64,000 nt of DNA from Bacillota bacterium (lineage in GTDB: Bacteria > Bacillota > Clostridia > Christensenellales > SZUA-584): NCBI GenBank assembly GCA_023415795.1, contig JAEZJG010000022.1, positions 188,009 to 252,008 of the forward strand, written 5' to 3'. Below the pieces are notes generated by a model. That model had not been told where the DNA came from. It saw nothing but the letters and a program-made list of their open reading frames with translations, and did no database searches. The translations under genes were made by a program, and so were the position numbers. Shown piece after piece: positions 7,744-15,778 of this stretch (its first letter is position 1; every line of letters starts with the position of its first letter).

Positions 7744-9309
7744 ATGAACATAACCTTTCTGGGAGCGGCAAAATGCGTAACGGGTTCGTGTACGATGATC
7801 GAGACTCAAGGGAGAAGGCTGCTGGTGGACTGCGGCATGCGGCAAGGGCGCGACGAGAAGATGTCGCCCGTGGAGGACGGGTTTGCGTTTAACCCGGCGG
7901 AGATCGACGCTGTTTTGCTGACGCACGCACACATCGATCATTCGGGGCTGCTGCCGCTGCTGGTCAAAAAGGGCTACAAGGGGCCTATCATCTGCACGGG
8001 TGCGACGGCAAAGCTGTGCGCCATCATGTTCCCGGATGCGGGGCACATACAGGAGATGGAGGCAGAATGGGAGAACCGCAAGCGTGAGCGTGCAGGTAAG
8101 CCGCGTATAGAGCCGCTCTACACCGTGGAGGACGCTAACAGAGCGTCGCACAGCCTGAAGCCGGTGAACTATGGCGACAGGGTGGCAGTGCTGGACGGCA
8201 TTGAGGCGCGTTATGTGGATGCGGGACATCTGCTGGGCTCTGCGTCCATCGAGCTGTTTATTCAGGACAAGGGGCGCGAAAGAAAGCTGGTTTTTTCGGG
8301 CGATATCGGCAATAAGAACAAACCTATTATCAAAGACCCCAGCTACATCAACGAAGCGGAAATTGTGTTCATGGAGAGCACTTATGGCGATCGGCTGCAC
8401 AAGCAGGCTATCGGCACACGCCAGCGTCTGCGCGAGATACTGAATACGGCGCTTAAGCGGGGCGGCAACATCGTAATCCCTTCCTTTGCGGTGGGGCGTA
8501 CGCAGGAGGTGCTGTACGACCTTAGCGTGCTGCTGGATGAGGGCAGTGTACCGGGGCTGGAGTACGTTCCGGTATATATAGACAGCCCTCTTGGCATCGC
8601 TGCGACGCAGATATTTGAGCAGAGCAGCCATGGTTATTACGATGAGGAAGCCGCCGCTTTTAAGGCGGATGGGGTGGAGTTCTTTTCGTTCAAGACGCTG
8701 CGTGTTGCGCAAACAGCCGATGAATCCAAGGAGATCAACTTCGACAAGCGGCAGAAGATTATCATATCGTCCAGCGGCATGTGCGATGCGGGGCGCATTA
8801 AGCACCACCTCAAGCACAATCTGTGGAGGGCGGATTCTACCGTGGTGTTTGTGGGTTATCAGGCGGTGGGCACGCTGGGGCGCGCGATTGCCGACGGCAA
8901 TAAGAGCGTGCGCATTTTTGGTGAGGAGATACAGGTGAAGGCAACGCTGGAGCATATCGAGGGCTTCTCAGGGCATGCGGATCGCGCGGGGTTGCTGGAA
9001 TGGATCGGTCATTTTCCGACTAGCGTGGAACGGGTATTTGTGATGCACGGCGAGGAATCGGTATCTGCCGTGTTTGCGGAGGAGCTGTCGCACCGGGGCT
9101 ACGCTTCGGTGGTGCCGGGGCTGTTTGAGACGTATGATACGGAGAGCTTCGCGCAGCTGCCCGCGGCTCAGCCGATGCGCAAGGCGGATACCACGCTCTC
9201 TGAACTCATGTTACGCATCAAGACCAAGGCAGACAGCGCACAGGGTGAACAGGCGCAGCTGATGCAGGCTGAGCTGGAGGCGCTGCTCAAACGCTGGGAG
9301 ATGGGCTGA
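7744..9309 (+). CDS. MBL-fold metallo-hydrolase of the beta-CASP (RNA-metabolising, CPSF/RNase J-like) family
   Basis: 521 aa. MNITFLGAAKCVTGSCTMIE…, the LLTHAHIDHSGLLP (HxHxDH) motif and a C-terminal …EGFSGHADRAGLLEWI… are typical of beta-CASP nucleases. Confidence 0.85.
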   Translation: MNITFLGAAKCVTGSCTMIETQGRRLLVDCGMRQGRDEKMSPVEDGFAFNPAEIDAVLLTHAHIDHSGLLPLLVKKGYKGPIICTGATAKLCAIMFPDAGHIQEMEAEWENRKRERAGKPRIEPLYTVEDANRASHSLKPVNYGDRVAVLDGIEARYVDAGHLLGSASIELFIQDKGRERKLVFSGDIGNKNKPIIKDPSYINEAEIVFMESTYGDRLHKQAIGTRQRLREILNTALKRGGNIVIPSFAVGRTQEVLYDLSVLLDEGSVPGLEYVPVYIDSPLGIAATQIFEQSSHGYYDEEAAAFKADGVEFFSFKTLRVAQTADESKEINFDKRQKIIISSSGMCDAGRIKHHLKHNLWRADSTVVFVGYQAVGTLGRAIADGNKSVRIFGEEIQVKATLEHIEGFSGHADRAGLLEWIGHFPTSVERVFVMHGEESVSAVFAEELSHRGYASVVPGLFETYDTESFAQLPAAQPMRKADTTLSELMLRIKTKADSAQGEQAQLMQAELEALLKRWEMG

Positions 9310-9332
9310 TTAACTGAAAAAATTATCGATTA

Positions 9333-9362
9333 GTCGCCGGTGTAAGGCGGCTTTCTTTTTTT
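9333..9362 (+). terminator. intrinsic terminator after the beta-CASP gene
   Basis: GTCGCC-GGTGTAA-GGCGGC hairpin followed by TTTCTTTTTTT. Confidence 0.6.
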
Positions 9363-9407
9363 CAAGCCCTATATCCGCTGACTGCAGCTCCATGACCATG
9401 AGCACTA

Positions 9408-10400
9408 TCAGCAAACGGGAGGCTTGTTTTTTGCCGACCACTCCATGATATACTCGGAGGCTGTGTCGGATGCCGCTTTGATTTCCTCGGAGATGACGAA
9501 CCCGCGGTTGAGCAAAAACTTGACGGCGGATTCGTTGCGCTTGTAAACGCGGATGCTGAGGCAAGAACGGGACTCGCGGACGTGCTCCAGTAGCTGGGTT
9601 CCAATGCCCTTGTTGTGCGCCCCTGGCACGATGCATAAAGCCGATATGACGGCGTCGTCGGTCACCGAGATAAAGCCGCGCAGCTGTCCGTCGTCGTACA
9701 GCAACGTATGGGACGGGGACAACGCGCTACGGACAGAGTCGTACTTCTGATGCCATATGCCCGCGTCGAGGAAGCTGTGCGCAGCAATATTGGATTGCAG
9801 CCACAGCTGCATCACATTGGCGATGTCATCGATGGTATACGGACGTATACAACCGTAATGCGGCACTATCGTTGGAACCTCTGTTTTGCGAAGTTTCACC
9901 AACCGCGACGGATCAAAAAAGCGGTTGACCAGATAGGCCACGAATATGCCGAACACCGTTTCTGCCAGCCGTGTGAGGCCGTATACAATAGGGGAGATAT
10001 CCTTGTAATCAATCAGTATAATGAGGAAGACGACGATGCTGATGGGCACGCTGGCCTGCAGCTTCAGAATGTTGCACAGATAGATGATGACCACCACGCC
10101 AGCAGTCACCAGCAGAACAAAGATCGTGTCGGGAATATAGCTGACAATCAGCAGAAACAAAACACCCATTACCGAGCCGAACACCGTGCCGATTGTGCGG
10201 TCGATGCCCGTGCGCAGCGTGTTGGCCAGTGACGACTTCATGCAGATGGTGGCGGCCAGCGCAGCCTGAATGCCGTTGATGGCCTTGCCCAGCCCAATAA
10301 AGCCACTCCCAAGTCCAATCAGCTGAACGGTCAGCAAGCACAGCCCCACCGCAACAGCTGTCTTGATATTGCGCATTCCGATCTTGTAGCGTGGCTTCAT
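9408..10400 (-). CDS. fusion protein: aromatic-acid-exporter/FUSC-like membrane domain + C-terminal GNAT acetyltransferase domain
   Basis: The N-terminal ~170 aa (MKPRYKIGMRNIKTAVAVGLCL… with multiple TM helices) looks like the ArAE/FUSC-like family. The C-terminal part (…LRGFISVTDDAVISALCIVPGAHNKGIGTQLLEHV…VYKRNESAVKFLLNRGF) has the GNAT acetyl-CoA-binding motif. Confidence 0.6.
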   Translation of the reverse strand: MKPRYKIGMRNIKTAVAVGLCLLTVQLIGLGSGFIGLGKAINGIQAALAATICMKSSLANTLRTGIDRTIGTVFGSVMGVLFLLIVSYIPDTIFVLLVTAGVVVIIYLCNILKLQASVPISIVVFLIILIDYKDISPIVYGLTRLAETVFGIFVAYLVNRFFDPSRLVKLRKTEVPTIVPHYGCIRPYTIDDIANVMQLWLQSNIAAHSFLDAGIWHQKYDSVRSALSPSHTLLYDDGQLRGFISVTDDAVISALCIVPGAHNKGIGTQLLEHVRESRSCLSIRVYKRNESAVKFLLNRGFVISEEIKAASDTASEYIMEWSAKNKPPVC

Positions 10401-10574
10401 GCTTCCTCCCTTTTAAGATATATTCTCATTCTATTCTAACGAAATCCGCGTTCATGTCAACATTTGGGGGGTAACTCCGCCAATCACACCGCGCTTTGTG
10501 AATGCATACCATATAGATATATGCGATTCGTTTCGCCTGCAACTACGGGCGGCTGACATAAGGGGGGCGCATTT

Positions 10575-11618
10575 ATGGCGGTTATCAAAGCGGCTGATTT
10601 AGTCAATTTCATTGTAAAGGCAAAGAACGACGGCTGGGGATACGTGTTCGGCGCACAGGGGCAGCTTTACACGCGGGCGCTTGCAGAGAAATGGGGCAAG
10701 GAGCGGCGCTCGGGGCGCAGCTACAGCTATTTTACTGTGCAGTGCGCCAAGTGGATCGGGCGTTATGTAGCGGACTGCTCCGGTCTCATCATTGAAGCGT
10801 TCCGCAGCCAGATACCCGGCTACGGCGACAAGACGGCTAACACGCTGTACAGCCGGTCGGTACAGAAGGGAAAGCTAAGCTCCATACCCGAGGTTCCCGG
10901 ACTCTGCGTGTGGCGCAACGGGCATATCGGCGTATACATGGGCGACGGCAAGGTGATCGAATCGGGCGGTACCAACAACGGCGTGGTGCTGTCTCGGCTG
11001 AACGCACCGGCCACCAACAAGAAGTGGACGAACTGGGGCAAGATGGCGGATGTGGACTATACGTCGAACACCAACCCAAACGAGCCGGAACCACCGACGC
11101 TGTGGCTGGGCAGGCTGCTGAAGGTGACCGGCCCGTATCTGAACGGCGACGATGTAGCGCAGGTGCAGATTGCGCTGAGACTCAAAGCTTACGACCCCGG
11201 CACCATTGACGGCGTTTACGGCCCGTATACGCAGCGGGCGGTGAAGGAGTTTCAAAAGGCGTCAGGGTTGCTGGCAGACGGCATTGTGGGCGAGATCACG
11301 GCGGCGGCACTGTTTGGCGACTGGGTGACGGACAGCAAGGGCTATCCGGTGTATCCGGTGGCCGATAATCAACTGAGCTCCTTCGAGCTGCGGCGCGATC
11401 TCAAGCTGACCACACCTTATATGGCAGGGGAGGATGTGCGCGACGTGCAGGATGCGCTGGCACTCAACAACTTCTCGCCGGGGGATTCGGACGGCGTGTT
11501 TGGCCCCAAGACGCAGAGCGCCGTGAGTGGCTTTCAAAAGAAAAACAAGCTGGTGGCGGATGGTGTGGTAGGGCAATATACCGCCACGCTGCTGGGCGGA
11601 ATCTGGAAGGGCGTCTGA
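10575..11618 (+). CDS. NlpC/P60 peptidoglycan endopeptidase with two PG_binding_1 domains (endolysin-like; no signal peptide)
   Basis: Catalytic Cys context …YVADCSGLIIEAF… and His context …NGHIGVYMGDGKVIESGG…. Two repeats of …G(D/E)DV…VQ.AL…DG(V)(Y/F)GP.T..AV..FQK…L.ADG.VG match peptidoglycan-binding domain 1. Confidence 0.8.
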   Translation: MAVIKAADLVNFIVKAKNDGWGYVFGAQGQLYTRALAEKWGKERRSGRSYSYFTVQCAKWIGRYVADCSGLIIEAFRSQIPGYGDKTANTLYSRSVQKGKLSSIPEVPGLCVWRNGHIGVYMGDGKVIESGGTNNGVVLSRLNAPATNKKWTNWGKMADVDYTSNTNPNEPEPPTLWLGRLLKVTGPYLNGDDVAQVQIALRLKAYDPGTIDGVYGPYTQRAVKEFQKASGLLADGIVGEITAAALFGDWVTDSKGYPVYPVADNQLSSFELRRDLKLTTPYMAGEDVRDVQDALALNNFSPGDSDGVFGPKTQSAVSGFQKKNKLVADGVVGQYTATLLGGIWKGV

Positions 11619-11672
11619 TAAGCCCAGCGCCTTGCTGCAAGCTGATGTGGCGGCTTTGCCTGTCCTTTGCCG

Positions 11673-12170
11673 TTAGATTTCCGTCGGGTCGTCGATGTGC
11701 AGATGCACCTGCCACTCAGCGGAATCCGGGTCGAAATCGCCGGATATCTGGCTGACGGACATCTTGACGTAACGCGCTTTGGCGGTGACCGCAACCTCGC
11801 CCTCCGGCGTGTATATTTCACCTTCCGCTTCAAACAGCAGGCGAGTGTCCTTCGTGATGCGCCCCAGCGCTTTGAGCTGCTGGCCGTAAGGCAGCGGCTT
11901 TTTATATGCCAGCGACAGCTCTACCGTGACGCCCCATACGTCCGGGTTGCCGATCTGGATGGCTCGCCCCATCGTCTCGTCGAGGATACATGCGGCAATG
12001 CCGCCGTGAACGCGCCCGGGATAGCTTTGGTGCAGCCGGTGCGGTGTGAACAGCGCCGCTATCTCGTTGGTTTCCGTTTCATAGAACGCGGCTTTAAGCC
12101 CCTTGTCATTGTCCAGCCCGCACACGAAGCATTCAGTCGCGTTGGGCTGCTTTGCGGTTATCTTCTTCAT
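11673..12170 (-). CDS. PaaI-family hotdog-fold thioesterase
   Basis: 165 aa. …GRVHGGIAACILDETMG… is a typical PaaI/4HBT motif, with an N-terminal CFVCG. Confidence 0.75.
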   Translation of the reverse strand: MKKITAKQPNATECFVCGLDNDKGLKAAFYETETNEIAALFTPHRLHQSYPGRVHGGIAACILDETMGRAIQIGNPDVWGVTVELSLAYKKPLPYGQQLKALGRITKDTRLLFEAEGEIYTPEGEVAVTAKARYVKMSVSQISGDFDPDSAEWQVHLHIDDPTEI

Positions 12171-12295
12171 ACATACCTCGCAAGTAATACTTTATTGTGT
12201 GCATTATATCACAAATGCTGGGAAGGTGCAGATCACTCATGGCATATGTCCGCATGTTGTGATAATATAAGCCCGTCATAGCTTGGGAGGACATC

Positions 12296-13225
12296 ATGGA
12301 AAAGAAAAGCCTGTTCGAGAAAAAAGGTGTGATGGTGCTGGCTGCGCTGGTATGCTGCCTGCTGTGGGGCAGCGCGTTTCCCGCAATTAAGCTGTCATAC
12401 GCGCAACTGGGGGATTTAAACAGCTGGCAGATGGTTTTGCTGGCGGGGCTGCGGTTTACGCTGTCCGGCGTGCTGGTGCTGGCGTTTGCACGGCTCAAGC
12501 TGAAATCGAAGCTGATGCCGCCGCGCCGTGAATGGCCGCTGCTGCTGACCGTGGCGGTGCTGCAAACCTTCGGTTCGTACGTGCTGTATTACATCGGCAT
12601 GGCACACACCAGCGGCGTAAAGGGCTCCATACTCATTACCCTCAGCGTGTTTCTGGTGGCGCTGGCGGCGCATTTTATGTTCCCGTCGGACAGGCTGAGC
12701 TGGAAAAAGGGCATCGGGCTGCTGCTTGGCTTTGCGGGGGTGATCGCGGCGAATATCACTCTGCTGGGTGAGGAGACGTTTGTATTCTCGGTACAGGGTG
12801 AGGGGTTTATACTGCTGCACTGCGTGCTGGGTGTGGTGTGCACCGTGCTGGTGCGCAAGTACGGCGGCGGCACAGATATCGTGCGGGTGTCGGGCGCACA
12901 GCTGCTGATAGGCGGTTTGATGCTGATCGCTACGGGATACGCGGGCGCGCCGCAAGGGGTGGTCTTCAACGCGGCGGCGCTGCTACTGCTGCTATACATG
13001 GCGGTGCTATCGGCAGTGGCGTTTACTCTGTGGTTCGTGCTGTTGAAATATCATAAAGCCTCGCTGTTGGAGCAGTACAAGTTTGCAATACCGCTGTTCG
13101 GCGCGCTGCTGTCGGTGCTGCTGGTGCCGGGCGAGCATATCGGGCCGGAGATACTGGCGGCGGTGGCGCTTGTGACCGCGGGGACCATCATCGTCAACCG
13201 CGAGGGGAAGAAACGATCGATATAA
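12296..13225 (+). CDS. DMT superfamily (EamA-type) transporter
   Basis: 309 aa with about 10 TM helices arranged as two EamA-like halves (…LLWGSAFPAIK…). Confidence 0.85.
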   Translation: MEKKSLFEKKGVMVLAALVCCLLWGSAFPAIKLSYAQLGDLNSWQMVLLAGLRFTLSGVLVLAFARLKLKSKLMPPRREWPLLLTVAVLQTFGSYVLYYIGMAHTSGVKGSILITLSVFLVALAAHFMFPSDRLSWKKGIGLLLGFAGVIAANITLLGEETFVFSVQGEGFILLHCVLGVVCTVLVRKYGGGTDIVRVSGAQLLIGGLMLIATGYAGAPQGVVFNAAALLLLLYMAVLSAVAFTLWFVLLKYHKASLLEQYKFAIPLFGALLSVLLVPGEHIGPEILAAVALVTAGTIIVNREGKKRSI

Positions 13226-13268
13226 AAAAGCTCCCATAGCGGGAGCGTTCAATTCGGTTTGGGGCATG

Positions 13269-13793
13269 TCAGCGGCGGCGTAGACGGTTTTTCCTGCCGT
13301 GGAGATGCGCGTCAATCAGCTTGCGTATCAGCGTGTATTCGTTGAGGTTCAACACCCGTGTGGGTATCACGAATGCGCGCAGTGTGGACAGGTGGATATA
13401 GATTGCCTTCTTGGATTCCACTGCGAACTTGACCTGCTCCCATTTGGCGCTGGATGAGCCTGCGGGGCCTGTTTCCTTCACGCCGTGCTTGTCGATCACC
13501 AGCTCGAATGCGGATTTAAGCGAGTGGCTGCTGTTGTATTGCTGCTTGGCCTTGTGGTTGAGGGTCAGTATATTGGATGCCGCAATGATACCGGCAAATA
13601 CCACGACCAGCACTGCGACAATCACAATGGTGAGCGGGTTGGATGTGCCCCCGGCGAACACAACGAACAGACATACAGCCAGCATCAGAGCCGAAAACAG
13701 CGAGGGCAGCATAATGATGTGCTTGCGGTGCGAGTAACGGTTATAGCAAAGATAGTCGTCCAGCGACAAGGCATAGCGTTTGCGGAATTCCAT
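13269..13793 (-). CDS. YcxB-like membrane protein
   Basis: Start moved to the internal ATG (MEFRKRYALSLDDYL…), which removes the overlap with the divergent gene. It has two TM helices and then a …WEQVKFAVESKKAIYIHLSTLRAFVIPTRVL… tail typical of YcxB-like proteins. Confidence 0.5.
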   Translation of the reverse strand: MEFRKRYALSLDDYLCYNRYSHRKHIIMLPSLFSALMLAVCLFVVFAGGTSNPLTIVIVAVLVVVFAGIIAASNILTLNHKAKQQYNSSHSLKSAFELVIDKHGVKETGPAGSSSAKWEQVKFAVESKKAIYIHLSTLRAFVIPTRVLNLNEYTLIRKLIDAHLHGRKNRLRRR

Positions 13794-13923
13794 GGTCAGC
13801 CTCACATGTTTTGTTGATTGGTCTATACTAGCATAAGGAAGCTGTGTACGTCCATAACAACTTGTTTTGCCGTGCCTGCCCAAATGTGATATAATGTATA
13901 TTGACAGCAAGAGGGAAAAATAT

Positions 13924-14538
13924 ATGGCTCATACGATAGACAAAAGCAAGATTTTGATAGATGACGACGGTCACAGCGTGATCGCCGGAAACCAGAAGTG
14001 GTTCAAGAAGCTGCATCACAGCATATCCGGCTGCGGGCCCACCACGGCAGCGCTGATACTTGCGTATATGGCGGCGGTATTCCCGGACAAGTGCCGTGAG
14101 GCTTACCCGTATGAACTGCCGCCCAAACGCAGCGACTTCACGCCCTTCATGAGTGCGGTGCGCGAATACGTGAAGCCGGGCATGCAGGGGCTGACGGACG
14201 CCAAATTCTTCGCGTCCAGCACCGTTGAGTTTGCCAAAAGCCTGGGCGTGAGCCTCTCGGCCGTAACGGTATCGCCCGGCTACAGCGCGGGTGTGGCGTT
14301 TGGCTACGTGAAGAAGGCGCTGGAAGAGGGATATCTGCCTGCGCTGCTGATACTGCGTAATCCCGCCCGTGAGCTGGACGATTTTACGTGGCACTGGATG
14401 GCGATAACGGGCTGCGATGAGCAAAGTAAAACGATCAGCATAGCGACCAATGGTGAGGAGCACGAGCTGCCGTTCGAAAAGGTATGGCATCAGCGCCCGC
14501 CCTACCACGCCGCCTGCGTTTATTTTTACCCGGTGTGA
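13924..14538 (+). CDS. hypothetical protein, possible papain-like (C39/BtrH-N-like) cysteine peptidase fold
   Basis: Start at ATG 13924 (MAHTIDKS…) after GAGGGAAAAA. It has a GCGPTTAALILAY Cys motif and a downstream FTWHWMAITG His motif. The family assignment is tentative. Confidence 0.4.
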   Translation: MAHTIDKSKILIDDDGHSVIAGNQKWFKKLHHSISGCGPTTAALILAYMAAVFPDKCREAYPYELPPKRSDFTPFMSAVREYVKPGMQGLTDAKFFASSTVEFAKSLGVSLSAVTVSPGYSAGVAFGYVKKALEEGYLPALLILRNPARELDDFTWHWMAITGCDEQSKTISIATNGEEHELPFEKVWHQRPPYHAACVYFYPV

Positions 14539-14588
14539 AGCCAAAGAGCACGGCGACTAAAACGTCGGCAGTTTTTTTCACAAAACAG

Positions 14589-14617
14589 TTGACGTACGGC
14601 GCAAATTGATATATTAT
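14589..14617 (+). promoter_or_regulatory. promoter of the tRNA pair (TTGACG-17 nt-TATTAT)
   Basis: TTGACG at 14589-14594, a 17-nt spacer, then TATTAT at 14612-14617. It ends about 19 nt before the first tRNA. Confidence 0.5.
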
Positions 14618-14635
14618 ATCTCTTGCACTCATTGA

Positions 14636-14712
14636 CGCGGGGTAGAGCAGTTTGGTAGCTCGTCGGGCTCATAACCCGGAGGCCACAGGTTCAAATCCTG
14701 TCCCCGCAACCA
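14636..14712 (+). tRNA. initiator tRNA-fMet (anticodon CAT), CCA encoded
   Basis: CGCGGGGTAGAGCAGTTTGGTAGCTCGTCGGGCTCATAACCCGGAGG…CCCCGCAACCA. It has the GGG/CCC anticodon stem and close resemblance to Bacillus initiator tRNA. Confidence 0.9.
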
Positions 14713-14759
14713 ATTGAACATAACCCGATTGGATGAATTTTCAGTCGGGTTATGCATGT

Positions 14760-14836
14760 GGCGGCGTGGCTCAGCTGGCTAGAGCATTCGGTTCATACCC
14801 GGAGGGTCACTGGTTCGAATCCAGTCGCCGCTACCA
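14760..14836 (+). tRNA. elongator tRNA-Met (anticodon CAT), CCA encoded
   Basis: GGCGGCGTGGCTCAGCTGGCTAGAGCATTCGGTTCATACCCGGAGGGTCACTGGTTCGAATCCAGTCGCCGCTACCA folds as a cloverleaf. A tRNA-Ile2 (lysidine) identity cannot be fully excluded by eye. Confidence 0.85.
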
Positions 14837-14844
14837 CATCGGAG

Positions 14845-14868
14845 AAGCCCTCGCAGGAGGGCTTTTTT
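14845..14868 (+). terminator. intrinsic terminator after the tRNA pair
   Basis: GCCCTC-GCAG-GAGGGC hairpin followed by TTTTTT. Confidence 0.75.
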
Positions 14869-14939
14869 CGTTGTCTGAGGATTGGTTACAAAACGAGTTT
14901 TTATGCTTGGAATTATACAGTGAAATAGAGGTGCAACCG

Positions 14940-15395
14940 ATGAAGTCAAAGCTAATAAATATATTTGCCATTTTCGGAACAGTATTCTTAAGCATAATAC
15001 TTGCCTTCTTAACAGTATTGCTAATTGTAATATTGATTAGTTTGTTTTATAAGCAAGATACATCATTTTTTATACCATTAATATTATTAGTACTAATGTT
15101 GATAATAGATGTGATACTTTTCAAAACTTTTACATGTAATATCGTAATAGCTATATGGAATCAAGATGGAAATTTAACAATTAAAACTGCGTTACGATAT
15201 GTAAACTTATGCGTAAAGAACGTGAGATTATACGATAAAAGCAACGTATTGATTATTAAGGAATATACCGGTCATCATGTAACAAGAAGATATATCTTAT
15301 ATAAGTTTTATTTTAAACAAGAGGATGTTGAAAAGTTTATTTTAACTATTTTTAAGCAAATCTCAGATATGAACATTAATATTAATCTTAACTAG
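14940..15395 (+). CDS. hypothetical small membrane protein encoded in an AT-rich islet
   Basis: Start at ATG 14940 (MKSKLINIFAIF…) after AGAGGTG; the track's longer ORF runs through the tRNA gene. It has 2-3 TM helices and then a Lys/Asn/Ile-rich domain. Codon and base composition differ strikingly from all neighbours. Confidence 0.5.
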   Translation: MKSKLINIFAIFGTVFLSIILAFLTVLLIVILISLFYKQDTSFFIPLILLVLMLIIDVILFKTFTCNIVIAIWNQDGNLTIKTALRYVNLCVKNVRLYDKSNVLIIKEYTGHHVTRRYILYKFYFKQEDVEKFILTIFKQISDMNININLN

Positions 15396-15424
15396 TAGAC
15401 AGTAGGAAGCACAGGCACTGCTCA

Positions 15425-15648
15425 CCCGTACCGCTATCACGCCATGGGGATGCTTCGCTTCGCTCTGCATGACAGCGCGACGGAGGAAGTGCTTCGCCGT
15501 CTGCACCTCCCTAGCATCCGTCATTCCGAACGCAGTGAGGAATCCCCCAGACAAGCGCATGACCGTAGGATGCAACAGGCTATTGCTTGTCGTACCGCCA
15601 TCACGCGCCGGGGGATGCTTCGCTTTGCTCTGCATGATAGCGCGCTGG
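15425..15648. repeat. composite interspersed repeat, locus 3 (modules B-A-B, inverted relative to locus 1)
   Basis: GGATGCTTCGCTTCGCTCTGCATGACAG at 15448-15475, GTCATTCCGAACGCAGTGAGGAATCCC at 15520-15546, and GGATGCTTCGCTTTGCTCTGCATGATAG at 15613-15640. Track ORFs 15363..15635, 15444..15653 and 15469..15669 are translations of the repeat. Confidence 0.85.
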
Positions 15649-15778
15649 ATTAAGTCTGCACCGTCTTAGCCCTCCGTCTGCCATTTTCAACCGAATTTTT
15701 CAGTGTCAATCGAGTGCCAATAACAAGCAGAATATTTTCGCGCGGACGCGCAAAGCCTATTTTCATGGAGATAAATAT

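Noticed and set aside
7720-8955. Very long minus-strand ORF (411 aa) opposite the beta-CASP gene. Similar long antisense or off-frame ORFs include 1348..2295, 4499..5185, 15650..16462, 16491..17618, 17345..18295, 17488..18342, 23826..24677, 39982..40854, 45595..46401, 51512..52285, 55987..56892, 57649..58665, 58527..59321 and 62688..63821.
   Set aside because: Each fully overlaps an ORF on the other strand or frame that has clear family motifs. Their translations are Arg/His/Ala/Pro-rich and low-complexity with no recognisable motifs, which is typical of stop-poor shadow frames in GC-rich DNA.
10401-10574. Possible c-di-AMP (ydaO-type) riboswitch upstream of the NlpC/P60 gene, a common context for that riboswitch.
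   Set aside because: I could not find the paired ACGGGGA/GGGGUGAAUC-type conserved blocks or the pseudo-two-fold architecture. There is only a vague GTGAAT and some G-runs. A cmsearch with the ydaO-yuaA model would settle it.
10575-14538. A prophage remnant or defence island around the endolysin-like gene, YcxB-like gene and C39-like gene.
   Set aside because: There are no capsid, tail, terminase, integrase, recombinase or known defence-domain genes. The neighbours are ordinary metabolic and transport genes with host-like composition.
14733-15395. The 220-aa ORF as listed in the track.
   Set aside because: Its first 69 codons run through the tRNA-Met gene and its terminator. The real start is most likely ATG 14940, which has its own RBS.
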